The notes beneath the pieces were generated by a model, which saw nothing but the letters and a program-made list of their open reading frames with translations, was not told the origin of the DNA and did no database searches. A stretch of DNA of 64,000 nucleotides, from positions 32,019 through 96,018 of the forward strand of contig CAZPMS010000004.1 in the NCBI GenBank assembly GCA_964588165.1, in the 5' to 3' direction. Below are positions 9,808 through 17,774 of the stretch, in pieces. The DNA comes from an uncultured Gammaproteobacteria bacterium (GTDB taxonomy: Bacteria; Patescibacteriota; Patescibacteriia; UBA1558; UBA10009). Position numbers and translations under genes: made by a program. Positions within the stretch are counted from its first letter, which is position 1, and the number at the start of each line of letters is the position of its first letter.

Positions 9808-10485
9808 ATGAATCTCAAAAATATTCTCCAAAAATCAATCAACACATTACTCAGCCTACTATTCCCTATAGAGTGTATTGGTTGTAACAAGGAAGACGTT
9901 TATTTGTGTAACGGATGTTTTAATAAAATTAAAGTTAAAACAAAAACTAAACCTTTTGAACATCCTCTCACTTATTTGGACGGTGTTTTTTCAGCAGCTG
10001 GCTATAAAGATAAACCTCTACAGTCAGCCATTCATTTACTAAAATTTAGATTTATAAAAACACTGGCAAAACCCCTCGCTCAACTATTAATTAAATTCTA
10101 CCAGAAATCCCTAGTTACCAGTGGCTTGTCCCTTGTCCCTATTATCATTCCTGTTCCCTTAAATAAAAAACGATATCTTGATCGTGGCTTTAACCAGTCG
10201 GAATTAATTGCCCAGCCATTTGCTAAACACTTTAATTTAGAATTGGCGGCTGATGTTGTTACCAGACGAAAAAATACTCCTCATCAAGTTGGCTTAACTA
10301 AGAAAAAACGCCAGCAAAATATAAAAAATGCTTTTATGGTTAATAAACCTAACCTGATTATGGATAAAGAGATAATTCTAATTGACGATGTGGTAACTAC
10401 CGGCTCTACTCTGGAAGAAGTGGCTAAAGTTTTAAAAAATTCGGGTGCAAAAAAAGTCTGGGGATTAACTATAGCTAAGGATTAA
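9808..10485 (+). CDS. comF: ComF family protein (Zn-finger plus phosphoribosyltransferase domain)
   Basis: N-terminal Cys cluster (CIGCNKEDVYLCNGCFNK) and C-terminal PRTase motif (ILIDDVVTTGSTL). Confidence 0.75.
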   Translation: MNLKNILQKSINTLLSLLFPIECIGCNKEDVYLCNGCFNKIKVKTKTKPFEHPLTYLDGVFSAAGYKDKPLQSAIHLLKFRFIKTLAKPLAQLLIKFYQKSLVTSGLSLVPIIIPVPLNKKRYLDRGFNQSELIAQPFAKHFNLELAADVVTRRKNTPHQVGLTKKKRQQNIKNAFMVNKPNLIMDKEIILIDDVVTTGSTLEEVAKVLKNSGAKKVWGLTIAKD

Positions 10486-10501
10486 CCCAGACTTCTTTAA
10501 A

Positions 10502-11080
10502 TTAAATAAGCTTTAGTACTTTCCACCAATTGGTTATATATTCCGGACGTTTATTTTGATACTTAAGGTAATAAGCATGCTCCCAAACATCCAAACAAAA
10601 AATCGGTTCATGTCCTTTAAGTAATGGTGAATCTTGATTGGAGGTTGAATAAACTTCTAACTGGCCTTCTTTATTCTTTACCAACCAAGCCCAACCACTA
10701 CCAAATTGGCTAGTGGCGGCTTGATTAAACTTTTCTTTAAAAGCTTCTATAGATCCAAAAGTTGACTTAATTTCTTCCACCAGACTTTCATCAGCTTGAT
10801 TATTAGGATCAATAGATTTCCAAAACAGATTATGATTAATATACCCGCCACCGTTATTTTTGAAAGCTTGCCTGTCAGCTTCTTCCATAGATAAAGAATC
10901 AAGCTTTTTCATCAACTCTTCCGGGCTTTCTGACAAGTCCGGATATTTTTCTAAAATTCCGTTCATTTTATCGGTATATGCCTGATGATGCTTACTATGA
11001 TGGATTTCCATGGTTTGAGCATCAAAATATGGCTCCAGGCCGTCATAGGGATATGACAATTTGGGTAATTCATATTTCAT
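10502..11080 (-). CDS. Fe/Mn superoxide dismutase
   Basis: MKYELPKLSYPYDGLEPYFDAQTMEIHHSKHHQAYTDKMN ... DVWEHAYYLKYQN. Confidence 0.9.
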   Translation of the reverse strand: MKYELPKLSYPYDGLEPYFDAQTMEIHHSKHHQAYTDKMNGILEKYPDLSESPEELMKKLDSLSMEEADRQAFKNNGGGYINHNLFWKSIDPNNQADESLVEEIKSTFGSIEAFKEKFNQAATSQFGSGWAWLVKNKEGQLEVYSTSNQDSPLLKGHEPIFCLDVWEHAYYLKYQNKRPEYITNWWKVLKLI

Positions 11081-11170
11081 ATGATTAAATGTTTAATTAT
11101 AAATATTTCTTCCGACAACTAACTAAGTCATCGGTCATAGTTTATGGATTATGGCTTGTCTTTACGAAAT

Positions 11171-11758
11171 CTAAATCTTTCCTACCAAATCCAAACCGGG
11201 CTTAAGAGTCTTCTCACCCGGTTTCCAGTTAGCCGGACAAACTTCACCGCCGTGCTGCTTTACAAAAATAGCAGCCTGTAATTTTCTGAATAATTCTGCA
11301 GCGCTTCTGCCGATGTTATTATCATGAACTTCGTAAGCCTGGATAACGCCATCTGGATCAATAATAAAGCTACCCCTAAGTGACAAACCCTCAGCTTCTA
11401 TATAAGTTCCAAATGATTTACAAATTTTACCGGTTGGATCGGCAGCCATGGGGAATTTAATCTGGCCTATTGCTTCGGAATTATCATGCCAGGCTTTATG
11501 GACAAATACTGTATCGGTGCTGACACTTAAAACTTCTGCATCTGACTTGGTAAATTCTTCATACATATCGGCCATTTCTTTAAGTTCTGTAGGGCAGACA
11601 AATGTAAAGTCAGCCGGGTAAAAAAATAAAATCAGCCAATTGCCTTGGTAATCTGAAAGTTTAACTTTTTTAATTTGGTCTGCTTGATAGACTTCAAATT
11701 CTAAATCTTCAACTTTTTGGCCGATTAAAGCCGGCCTATTTTTAACTTCATTTTCCAT
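11171..11758 (-). CDS. Peroxiredoxin (typical 2-Cys, AhpC/Prx family)
   Basis: Peroxidatic Cys motif FTFVCPTE and resolving-Cys region GEVCPANW. Confidence 0.85.
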   Translation of the reverse strand: MENEVKNRPALIGQKVEDLEFEVYQADQIKKVKLSDYQGNWLILFFYPADFTFVCPTELKEMADMYEEFTKSDAEVLSVSTDTVFVHKAWHDNSEAIGQIKFPMAADPTGKICKSFGTYIEAEGLSLRGSFIIDPDGVIQAYEVHDNNIGRSAAELFRKLQAAIFVKQHGGEVCPANWKPGEKTLKPGLDLVGKI

Positions 11759-11839
11759 ATCTTTTTGAATTAATTATTAGCGGACTTTTATTATAGCAAA
11801 AGTCTGCCAAATAAAAAAGACGTCTATAATAGACGGCTA

Positions 11840-11933
11840 TGGCGGAGAGGGTGGGATTCGAACCCACGGAACCCTTTAACAGGCTCAACAGTTTTCAAGA
11901 CTGTCCCATTCAACCACTCTGGCACCTCTCCAC
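11840..11933 (-). tRNA. tRNA-Ser (anticodon UGA), 94 nt with long variable arm and encoded CCA
   Basis: Reverse complement GTGGAGAGGTGCCAGAGTGGTTGAATGGGACAGTCTTGAAAACTGTTGAGCCTGTTAAAGGGTTCCGTGGGTTCGAATCCCACCCTCTCCGCCA. Anticodon loop CTTGAAA. Confidence 0.85.
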
Positions 11934-12054
11934 GTCGGAATTCGCTTTTATGCTTTCGCATTCGAGCAAAGCTCAACTGCTCCAGCTTCAATCAAATTCC
12001 TCCTTTCCAATTCGCCAGAGGCGAATTGGGCGCCACCCCAAAATAGCATTTGCA

Positions 12055-12414
12055 TCATAATAATTTAGGGGGGGGTGGCGGAGAGTGAGGGATTTGAACC
12101 CTCGCGCCGCCTAAAAGACGACCTAACGGTTTAGCAAACCGTCCCCTTAAGCCACTTGGGTAACTCTCCGTATAATTTTCCAATTTATTTTTTAGATACT
12201 CTCTACCTTCTCCTGACTTAAAAAATTTTTCTCTGGCTATAGCATCATTATAGTTTAAACAAACTTCATAATATACCATCTTCCAAGGTCTGTAAAACTT
12301 AGTTGATTTAACATAGCCTAATTGATGCTGTCTTATTCTTTTATCTAGATTATTTGTATAACCTTTATACAGCCGTCCGTCAATTAAACTTTGAAGGACA
12401 TAAACATAAAACAT
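12055..12414 (-). CDS. GIY-YIG nuclease family protein (UPF0213/YhbQ-like). The ORF has no stop before reading ~95 nt into tRNA-Ser(GCU); the GIY-YIG core is 12171..12414.
   Basis: MFYVYVLQSLIDGRLYKGYTNNLDKRIRQHQ ... AIAREK. The ORF abuts and overlaps the tRNA 5' end on the same strand. Confidence 0.6.
   Translation of the reverse strand: MFYVYVLQSLIDGRLYKGYTNNLDKRIRQHQLGYVKSTKFYRPWKMVYYEVCLNYNDAIAREKFFKSGEGREYLKNKLENYTESYPSGLRGRFAKPLGRLLGGARVQIPHSPPPPPKLL
12076..12170 (-). tRNA. tRNA-Ser (anticodon GCU), 95 nt with long variable arm and encoded CCA
   Basis: Reverse complement CGGAGAGTTACCCAAGTGGCTTAAGGGGACGGTTTGCTAAACCGT...GGGTTCAAATCCCTCACTCTCCGCCA. Anticodon loop TTGCTAA. Confidence 0.85.
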
Positions 12415-12450
12415 TTACTTATCTTTCCTGCCCTGTGAATAAATTTATAA

Positions 12451-12492
12451 GCCACTTGCCTGCCTGCCGGCAGGCAGGGGTAACTCTCCGTA
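12451..12492. repeat. Duplicate of the tRNA-Ser(GCU) 5' end (22 bp, gccacttg|ggtaactctccgta) interrupted by the perfect 20-bp palindrome CCTGCCTGCCGGCAGGCAGG
   Basis: 12451-12492 is gccacttg[cctgcctgccggcaggcagg]ggtaactctccgta, versus gccacttgggtaactctccgta at 12151-12172. A direct repeat flanking the GIY-YIG ORF. Confidence 0.6.
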
Positions 12493-12583
12493 ATACTTTT
12501 TCTATTAAATTTTATTGACTTGATGTAATATAGTACTAAACCAGCTATTTGTCAATATTATATAACTATTATATAATTATCTC

Positions 12584-13075
12584 ATGGAAGAAGAAAATTT
12601 AGACCGCGGAGAAGTTTTAGCTAAATGGAACTTCGCTGAATTTGAAAAACCACAAAGAAATAAAAGTTGGTATTTTATTGCTTTTATTATTTTTTTATTA
12701 TTTTTAATTTATGCTTTGGTAACCGTAAATTTCTTGTTTGCCATTATTATAATAATCAGCGCCATTATATTATTAATGAGAAATCGATATGAACCTGATC
12801 AAATAACCTTTTCCATAACCGAAGACGGCTTTATTGTAAACGATAAATTTTATGACTTTGAAACAATAAGGTATTACTACATAATCTATAAGCCACCGGA
12901 GATTAAAAATTTATACGTTGAATTTAAATCAATAGCCAAGCCTAGATTGATAGTTCCCTTAGAAAACCAAAATCCTTTAGAAATCAGAGAAATCTTAAAT
13001 CAATTTTTAGAAGAAAATTTAGAAAAAGAAGAAGAGCCTGCTTCTGAAGCTTTTAGAAAAATATTAAAACTCTAG
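12584..13075 (+). CDS. Hypothetical membrane protein
   Basis: 163-aa ORF with a hydrophobic segment (YFIAFIIFLLFLIYALVTVNFLFAIIIIISAIILL). Followed by a terminator. Confidence 0.55.
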   Translation: MEEENLDRGEVLAKWNFAEFEKPQRNKSWYFIAFIIFLLFLIYALVTVNFLFAIIIIISAIILLMRNRYEPDQITFSITEDGFIVNDKFYDFETIRYYYIIYKPPEIKNLYVEFKSIAKPRLIVPLENQNPLEIREILNQFLEENLEKEEEPASEAFRKILKL

Positions 13076-13098
13076 ACAAATCAAATTAAATAAATTAA

Positions 13099-13126
13099 AC
13101 TCACTTAAAAGAAGTGAGTTTTTTGT
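13099..13126 (+). terminator. Rho-independent terminator (ACTCACTT-AAAA-GAAGTGAGT plus T6)
   Basis: Hairpin and U-tract read directly, immediately preceding tRNA-Arg. Confidence 0.6.
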
Positions 13127-13201
13127 CCCCGTAGCTCAGCTGGATAGAGCGTAGGCTTGCGGTGCCTAAGGTCGGAGGTTCGACTCCTCCCGGGGACGCC
13201 A
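13125..13201 (+). tRNA. tRNA-Arg, anticodon read as GCG (13159-13161), with CCA
   Basis: GTCCCCGTAGCTCAGCTGGATAGAGCGTAGGCTTGCGGTGCCTAAGGTCGGAGGTTCGACTCCTCCCGGGGACGCCA. The D-loop AGCTGGATA with A20 is an Arg-type identity feature. Anticodon stem TAGGC/GCCTA, loop TTGCGGT. Confidence 0.8.
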
Positions 13202-13242
13202 ATTATGATTTTAAAAAACTGCCAAAAAATTTGGTTGTTTTT

Positions 13243-13286
13243 TTAAAATAAAAAAAGAGTAAGTGTTATGTTATCACTTACTCTCT
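13243..13286 (-). terminator. Rho-independent terminator for the minus-strand gene 13274..13567
   Basis: Hairpin AGAGTAAGTG-TTATGTTA-TCACTTACTCT followed on the minus strand by T7. It overlaps the stop codon. Confidence 0.45.
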
Positions 13287-13567
13287 AAAGCTCTTTTGAG
13301 TTGGCCAACCGCATTAGTCCTGGATGGCACAGAAAGACGAAGACCGCAATGCGGACAAAATACAACTTTTTTGCATCCCGGTATCAATGTCAAATTGATT
13401 AGACCACAATCTTCATGGGATAGAATAACCTTCTTAAGCGAAAGTACTCTGATTGCATTCGCTGAAGGCTTTTCATAGTTACCCTGGGATGGTTCATAAA
13501 GAATCCTCAACCACCCTTCATCGTTTGATAACCGAATTTTTGCAACAAGATATGTTGGTGCGCTCAC
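13274..13567 (-). CDS. Hypothetical small Zn-ribbon protein in a locally GC-elevated segment next to tRNA-Arg
   Basis: 97-aa ORF with CGLINLTLIPGC...CPHCG (Cx10C...CxxC). GC is ~47% versus ~33% in the flanks. It has its own terminator. Confidence 0.45.
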   Translation of the reverse strand: MSAPTYLVAKIRLSNDEGWLRILYEPSQGNYEKPSANAIRVLSLKKVILSHEDCGLINLTLIPGCKKVVFCPHCGLRLSVPSRTNAVGQLKRALESK

Positions 13568-13712
13568 TGTACTACCCTCCTTACTTAGTTGAACCTTTTA
13601 GCTAGACTCTAAAAATACGATAATAGTAGATAATATCATATTTCCTTAATTATGTCAACCCTACTTAATATAATAACTATTTTTTTATGCCATTATTTGC
13701 TAAAATCAAAAC

Positions 13713-15779
13713 ATGATTTTATTAGATACTCCTGTAGAAAATCTTTCCAGAATAGGTAAAACCGTAGCCTCCAGGCTTAAACGTCTGGGTGTTTTTAATA
13801 CTTTTGATTTAATTCATTATTTCCCTTTTAGATATGATGACTTTTCTAATTTAAAAAATATAGCTGATCTAAAGCCGGGCGACATTACAACCGTAAGAGG
13901 TAAAATTGAACTTTTAACCAATAAACGCTCCCCTAGAAAAAAAATGGTAATTACAGAATGCTTTTTAACAGATGAAACAGGTTCCATAAAAGCTATTTGG
14001 TTTAGGCAGCCTTATATTGCTAAAACTTTAAAAAATGGCGATGAAGTTTATTTTTCCGGAAAAGTAATGGGCGATTTGTTTTCATTAACCTTCCAAAATC
14101 CTTCTTATGAAAAAGTTGCAACTGAAACTACCCATACGGCCAGGCTGGTGCCTATTTATCCTTTAACCAGCGGCTTAACCCAAAAACAGTTAAGGTTTTT
14201 AACTAAGCAATCGATGGCTATTATTGATAAGATAGAAGATATTTTACCGGCCAGTTTTAAAACAAAATACCAATTATCCGATCTAACTACGGCCTTAAAA
14301 ACAATTCATTTTCCGGAAAATAAAGCTGAAATAGAAACAGCCACCAGGCGTCTAAAATTTAATGAGCTTTTAGGGTTCCATTTGCAAAATTATTTATTAA
14401 AAAAAGATGCCGAGTCCAGTGTGGCTAAAGCTTTAAAGTTTAAGGAAGAGGAAACCAAAAAAATTGTCAGCAACTTAGGATTTATATTAACTGGCGCCCA
14501 AAAAAAGTCAGCCTGGCAAATCCTGCAGGATATGGAAAAAACTAAGCCAATGAACCGCCTGTTGGAAGGCGACGTTGGTTCGGGCAAAACTGTAGTGGCA
14601 GCCCTAGCCATTGCTTCTGCTACTTTAAATAAAAAACAGACTGCCCTGCTGGCACCTACAGAAATTTTAGCCAGCCAGCATTTTAAAACCCTGCAGGAAT
14701 TATTAAAACCAATTAACTGCACTATTGGCCTATTTACTAAAAACAAACACTTTACTTATAATACTGCCGATAAAAAAACTTCAAAACTTACTAAAGCCAA
14801 GTTGGCTAAATTAATTGATGCCGCAGAAATTAATCTGGTGGTGGGCACCCACGCTATGTTAGAAGAAAAAATTGACTTTAAAAATTTAGAATTGGTAATT
14901 ATTGATGAGCAGCACCGCTTTGGCGTAGAACAAAGGAAGGCCTTGCGGGAAAAATCAGGCGATTCTAAAACTACGCCTCATCTGCTTTCTATGACAGCAA
15001 CGCCAATCCCCCGCACTTTGGCTTTAACTATTTATGGTGATTTAAATTTATCCATTATTGATGAACTGCCGCCCGGCAGAAAAAAACCTATTACTAAATT
15101 AATAGAGCCCCTGCAAAGAGACAAAGCCTATGAATTTATTTTGGAAAAAATTAATGAAGGCAGGCAGGCTTTTGTAATCTGCCCGTTAATAGAAGAATCT
15201 GATAAGCTGGGGGTAAAATCTGCCACCGAAGAATATAATAAGCTCTCCGAAAAAATCTTTCCACAGCTTAAAATTGGCTTGCTCCACGGCAGGTTAAAGC
15301 CCAAAGAAAAAGAGGAGGTAATGAATAAATTTACTGAAGGGGAAATTAATATTTTAGTGGCAACCTCTTTAATAGAAGTAGGAGTTAACGTACCCAACGC
15401 CAGTGTAATGGTTATTGAATCGGCCGAAAGGTTTGGCCTTTCACAATTGCATCAGTTTAGAGGCAGGGTTAACCGGGCCGGCTTCCAAGCTTACTGTTTA
15501 TTATTTTCTGATTCCAACACCAAAAAATCTGTAGATAGGCTAAAAACTTTAGTTAACTGCTTTGACGGTTTTAAACTGGCTGAAGAAGATTTAAAGCTTA
15601 GAGGTTCCGGCAGTTTTACCGGTACGGCCCAATCTGGCTTTTTAGCCCAATTTAGAATGGCTACTTTTGCTGATGCAAAATTAATTGCCGAAACCAAAGA
15701 AGCCCTGGAGGAACTAATTAAAGACAATCCCGAAGTTATTGATAAATTCAATATAAAAACCAACATTCATCCTGAATAA
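13713..15779 (+). CDS. recG: ATP-dependent DNA helicase RecG
   Basis: Wedge/OB N-domain. Helicase motifs GDVGSGKTVVA, DEQHRFGV, TATPIPRTL and QLHQFRGRVNR. Confidence 0.9.
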   Translation: MILLDTPVENLSRIGKTVASRLKRLGVFNTFDLIHYFPFRYDDFSNLKNIADLKPGDITTVRGKIELLTNKRSPRKKMVITECFLTDETGSIKAIWFRQPYIAKTLKNGDEVYFSGKVMGDLFSLTFQNPSYEKVATETTHTARLVPIYPLTSGLTQKQLRFLTKQSMAIIDKIEDILPASFKTKYQLSDLTTALKTIHFPENKAEIETATRRLKFNELLGFHLQNYLLKKDAESSVAKALKFKEEETKKIVSNLGFILTGAQKKSAWQILQDMEKTKPMNRLLEGDVGSGKTVVAALAIASATLNKKQTALLAPTEILASQHFKTLQELLKPINCTIGLFTKNKHFTYNTADKKTSKLTKAKLAKLIDAAEINLVVGTHAMLEEKIDFKNLELVIIDEQHRFGVEQRKALREKSGDSKTTPHLLSMTATPIPRTLALTIYGDLNLSIIDELPPGRKKPITKLIEPLQRDKAYEFILEKINEGRQAFVICPLIEESDKLGVKSATEEYNKLSEKIFPQLKIGLLHGRLKPKEKEEVMNKFTEGEINILVATSLIEVGVNVPNASVMVIESAERFGLSQLHQFRGRVNRAGFQAYCLLFSDSNTKKSVDRLKTLVNCFDGFKLAEEDLKLRGSGSFTGTAQSGFLAQFRMATFADAKLIAETKEALEELIKDNPEVIDKFNIKTNIHPE

Positions 15780-15830
15780 TTAATTAATGATAAATCCGAA
15801 GATATCTGTAATTTGCTCGTATTATATCTA

Positions 15831-15970
15831 AAAAGCCTACCCCTTTTGTCATCCCGACCGAACCCGCCGATTCGGCGGGGAAGCGAAGGGATCCCGTAAT
15901 ATCTAGTACGTGCTAATTTGCAACGGGATTTCTCGGCGGAGCTCGAAATGACAGGTTAAGGTAGGCTTTT
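15831..15970. repeat. Palindromic intergenic element, copy A (~140 bp)
   Basis: Outer inverted repeat AAAAGCCTACC/GGTAGGCTTTT. Inner arms tgtcatcccgaccgaacccgccgattcggcggggaagcgaagggatcccg ... cgggatttctcggcggagctcgaaatgacag. Confidence 0.6.
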
Positions 15971-15976
15971 GTTAGC

Positions 15977-16005
15977 TTGACAAATCCATTTTTTATGTAT
16001 ATAAT
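15977..16005 (+). promoter_or_regulatory. Consensus sigma70 promoter (TTGACA, 17-bp spacer, TATAAT)
   Basis: ttgaca at 15977-15982 and tataat at 16000-16005. Confidence 0.55.
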
Positions 16006-16012
16006 ATTTGGT

Positions 16013-16198
16013 ATTGATGAGGATAGGCTGAAGTTTACACGCAAGGCAACAGAAGTCTACACCCGACAAAATGGGCTTCCAAACTTGCACGTAAATAACT
16101 GGGTTGGACTGAACCCTCGTCCCAGTTGCCTATCCTCTAACTTTAACCACCACGTTCTTTAAATAGATACAAAACAACTTCAAAAAAAGGGAGGGTTT
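16013..16198 (+). ncRNA. Candidate structured 5' leader or small RNA (~185 nt) of a GC-rich cassette, unclassified
   Basis: A 10-bp long-range helix (GAGGATAGGC at 16019-16028 pairs with GCCTATCCTC at 16128-16137) encloses nested hairpins, e.g. AACTGGG...CCCAGTT. Lies downstream of a consensus promoter and upstream of a strong RBS (AGGGAGG). Confidence 0.35.
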
Positions 16199-16282
16199 AT
16201 GCCACGTGCTTCACCCTAAGTTTTCTTCATTTTTCTTGGTTGAGTATTCAACTCATCTTTACCTAAAACCGAGGGTTCAAAT

Positions 16283-16622
16283 GGACGAAAACGTTGCGCA
16301 ATCTCCCCCAAGAGTGGAGACAGGCAGTCTACCTCACTTTACGAGTATTCAAGAAGTTGAGGATGAATATCCAGGGTTCCAAAAAACCGAAGTTGATATC
16401 TTCGGATCATTCACGCCAACTAAGGCTGAGCAGGTACCGCTACAAGGTCAAAGTGCTCAAATCATTGGCTTTGAACTGAACGGAAGCCTCGCTGGCACAA
16501 CAGTCTTTGCATCTTTTGGCTGTCAAAGTGCACATGACAGCCATAAAATTCATGTGTTAACGATGCAAAACTTCCGCAACAGCGGCGAAATTGCTCGGGA
16601 GCTTGAATTGGTTCAGGCTTAG
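16283..16622 (+). CDS. Hypothetical protein in a GC-rich (~47%) cassette. The ORF track starts at 16206; ATG 16283 has a GAGGG RBS.
   Basis: MDENVAQSPPRVETGS... No recognisable domain. Bracketed by a promoter and a terminator. Confidence 0.4.
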
Positions 16623-16642
16623 CAATGAAGTATGAACTCAAA

Positions 16643-16679
16643 AACCGGTTTGCAATATGCAAGCCGGTCTTCTTTTTGC
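16643..16679 (+). terminator. Rho-independent terminator (ACCGGTTTGCA-ATA-TGCAAGCCGGT plus CTTCTTTTT), possibly bidirectional
   Basis: Read directly. It sits between the cassette ORF and the stop of the convergent gene 16688..17707. Confidence 0.6.
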
Positions 16680-16687
16680 TAAATTAT

Positions 16688-17707
16688 TTAATTGCCACAA
16701 TATGAATTAACCTTTTTATATTCTTCAAAATCACCATTAGGAAAAGGTTCAACTATATCTAAACCATTTTCTATTACACAATAAGATTCAGATTCATTGT
16801 CTTGTGCACAAGAGCTGCCTATGTGCCGGCTTGATCCATCTTGAGTATCAGCTATATAAACATTGCCACAGTCAAATTTTTCATCACTTAAAATATTCCT
16901 AACAATGAATTCCTCATCCGCCCATTTTGGATCAGTATTTCCTAAAGTTGTTAATCTTAGATTGCCTTTACAGCTATGGCTACTAAAGCCATCTTTTATG
17001 CAAACTTTATCAGGAGATTCACACCTAGTAAAAACGCAGCCTCGCTCATCATCTAAAGCACTTATATTTAAATTAAAACTGAAACCGCAATTACCATAAA
17101 AATCTTTTGCATTCGCTGCTTCAAACTTAGCCAAAGAGCAATATTTTACCTCGGTTATGCTAGCTTTTTCTACAATAGGTATAGCCAATTTAAAATCCAC
17201 CAATTGTGGATTAATAGTATAAAGAATAACATAAGACCCTAAAGCCAACATTAGGCCCATTATGGCCCCAAATATCGTTTCTTTGGCTGCATTAATTTTA
17301 TCCGGGCTGCCGCCGGAAAACAGCCAAATAAAACCGCCTATGGCTATCATTAAAACGGCTATAATGCCGGCTATGCCCACAAAAAATTTATACAAGGCCG
17401 CAATATATTCTCCTGCTAAATTACCGCTTATATAATTACCTTCATTATCGGTGGTATCAATGGTTAAGGTTTCGCCCCGTTTAAAAATTGACCCCGGAAT
17501 GGTTAAATTGGGCGTAAATTCTGCGGGTTGATTAGAATCAGTGCCAAAAATACTATCCAAAAGCGGTTTAGCAGAAACTTCCTGCAAATTTAAAAAAGAA
17601 AATGACAAGCCAAAAATAACAACTATAAGGATTAAAGAGATAATATACTTTCTTTTTCCGCCAAAGGCGGATCCGCCTTTGGCGGACATATTTTTTGTAT
17701 CATTCAT
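16688..17707 (-). CDS. TrbC/VirB2-like pilin-domain membrane protein with a Cys-rich C-terminal extracellular domain
   Basis: TM1 at residues 22-40. Hydrophobic pair FFVGIAGIIAVLMIAIGGFIWLFSGGSPDKINAAKETIFGAIMGLMLALGSYVILYTI resembles the TrbC/VirB2 core. The C-terminal 170 aa carry about 10 Cys. Confidence 0.45.
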   Translation of the reverse strand: MNDTKNMSAKGGSAFGGKRKYIISLILIVVIFGLSFSFLNLQEVSAKPLLDSIFGTDSNQPAEFTPNLTIPGSIFKRGETLTIDTTDNEGNYISGNLAGEYIAALYKFFVGIAGIIAVLMIAIGGFIWLFSGGSPDKINAAKETIFGAIMGLMLALGSYVILYTINPQLVDFKLAIPIVEKASITEVKYCSLAKFEAANAKDFYGNCGFSFNLNISALDDERGCVFTRCESPDKVCIKDGFSSHSCKGNLRLTTLGNTDPKWADEEFIVRNILSDEKFDCGNVYIADTQDGSSRHIGSSCAQDNESESYCVIENGLDIVEPFPNGDFEEYKKVNSYCGN

Positions 17708-17774
17708 ATCTTTATATTTTTATTTTACCCAACACCACTTTTTTTATCAAGTCTAATAGATGTAAAAGTATTAC

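Noticed and set aside
11839-12060. 73-aa plus-strand ORF spanning 11839..12060
   Set aside because: It overlaps tRNA-Ser(UGA) on the opposite strand and the intergenic spacer. It is a translation artefact of tRNA sequence.
16013-16198. 5S rRNA, SRP RNA, tmRNA or RNase P RNA identity for the GC-rich structured region
   Set aside because: Terminal helix and length superficially resemble 5S. However, none of the conserved motifs is present: 5S loop C/E (CCGAAC...GAGAGUAGG), SRP domain IV (GGAAG...AGCAGCC), the tmRNA tRNA-like end, or RNase P AAGUCCGG. Left as an unclassified leader or small RNA.
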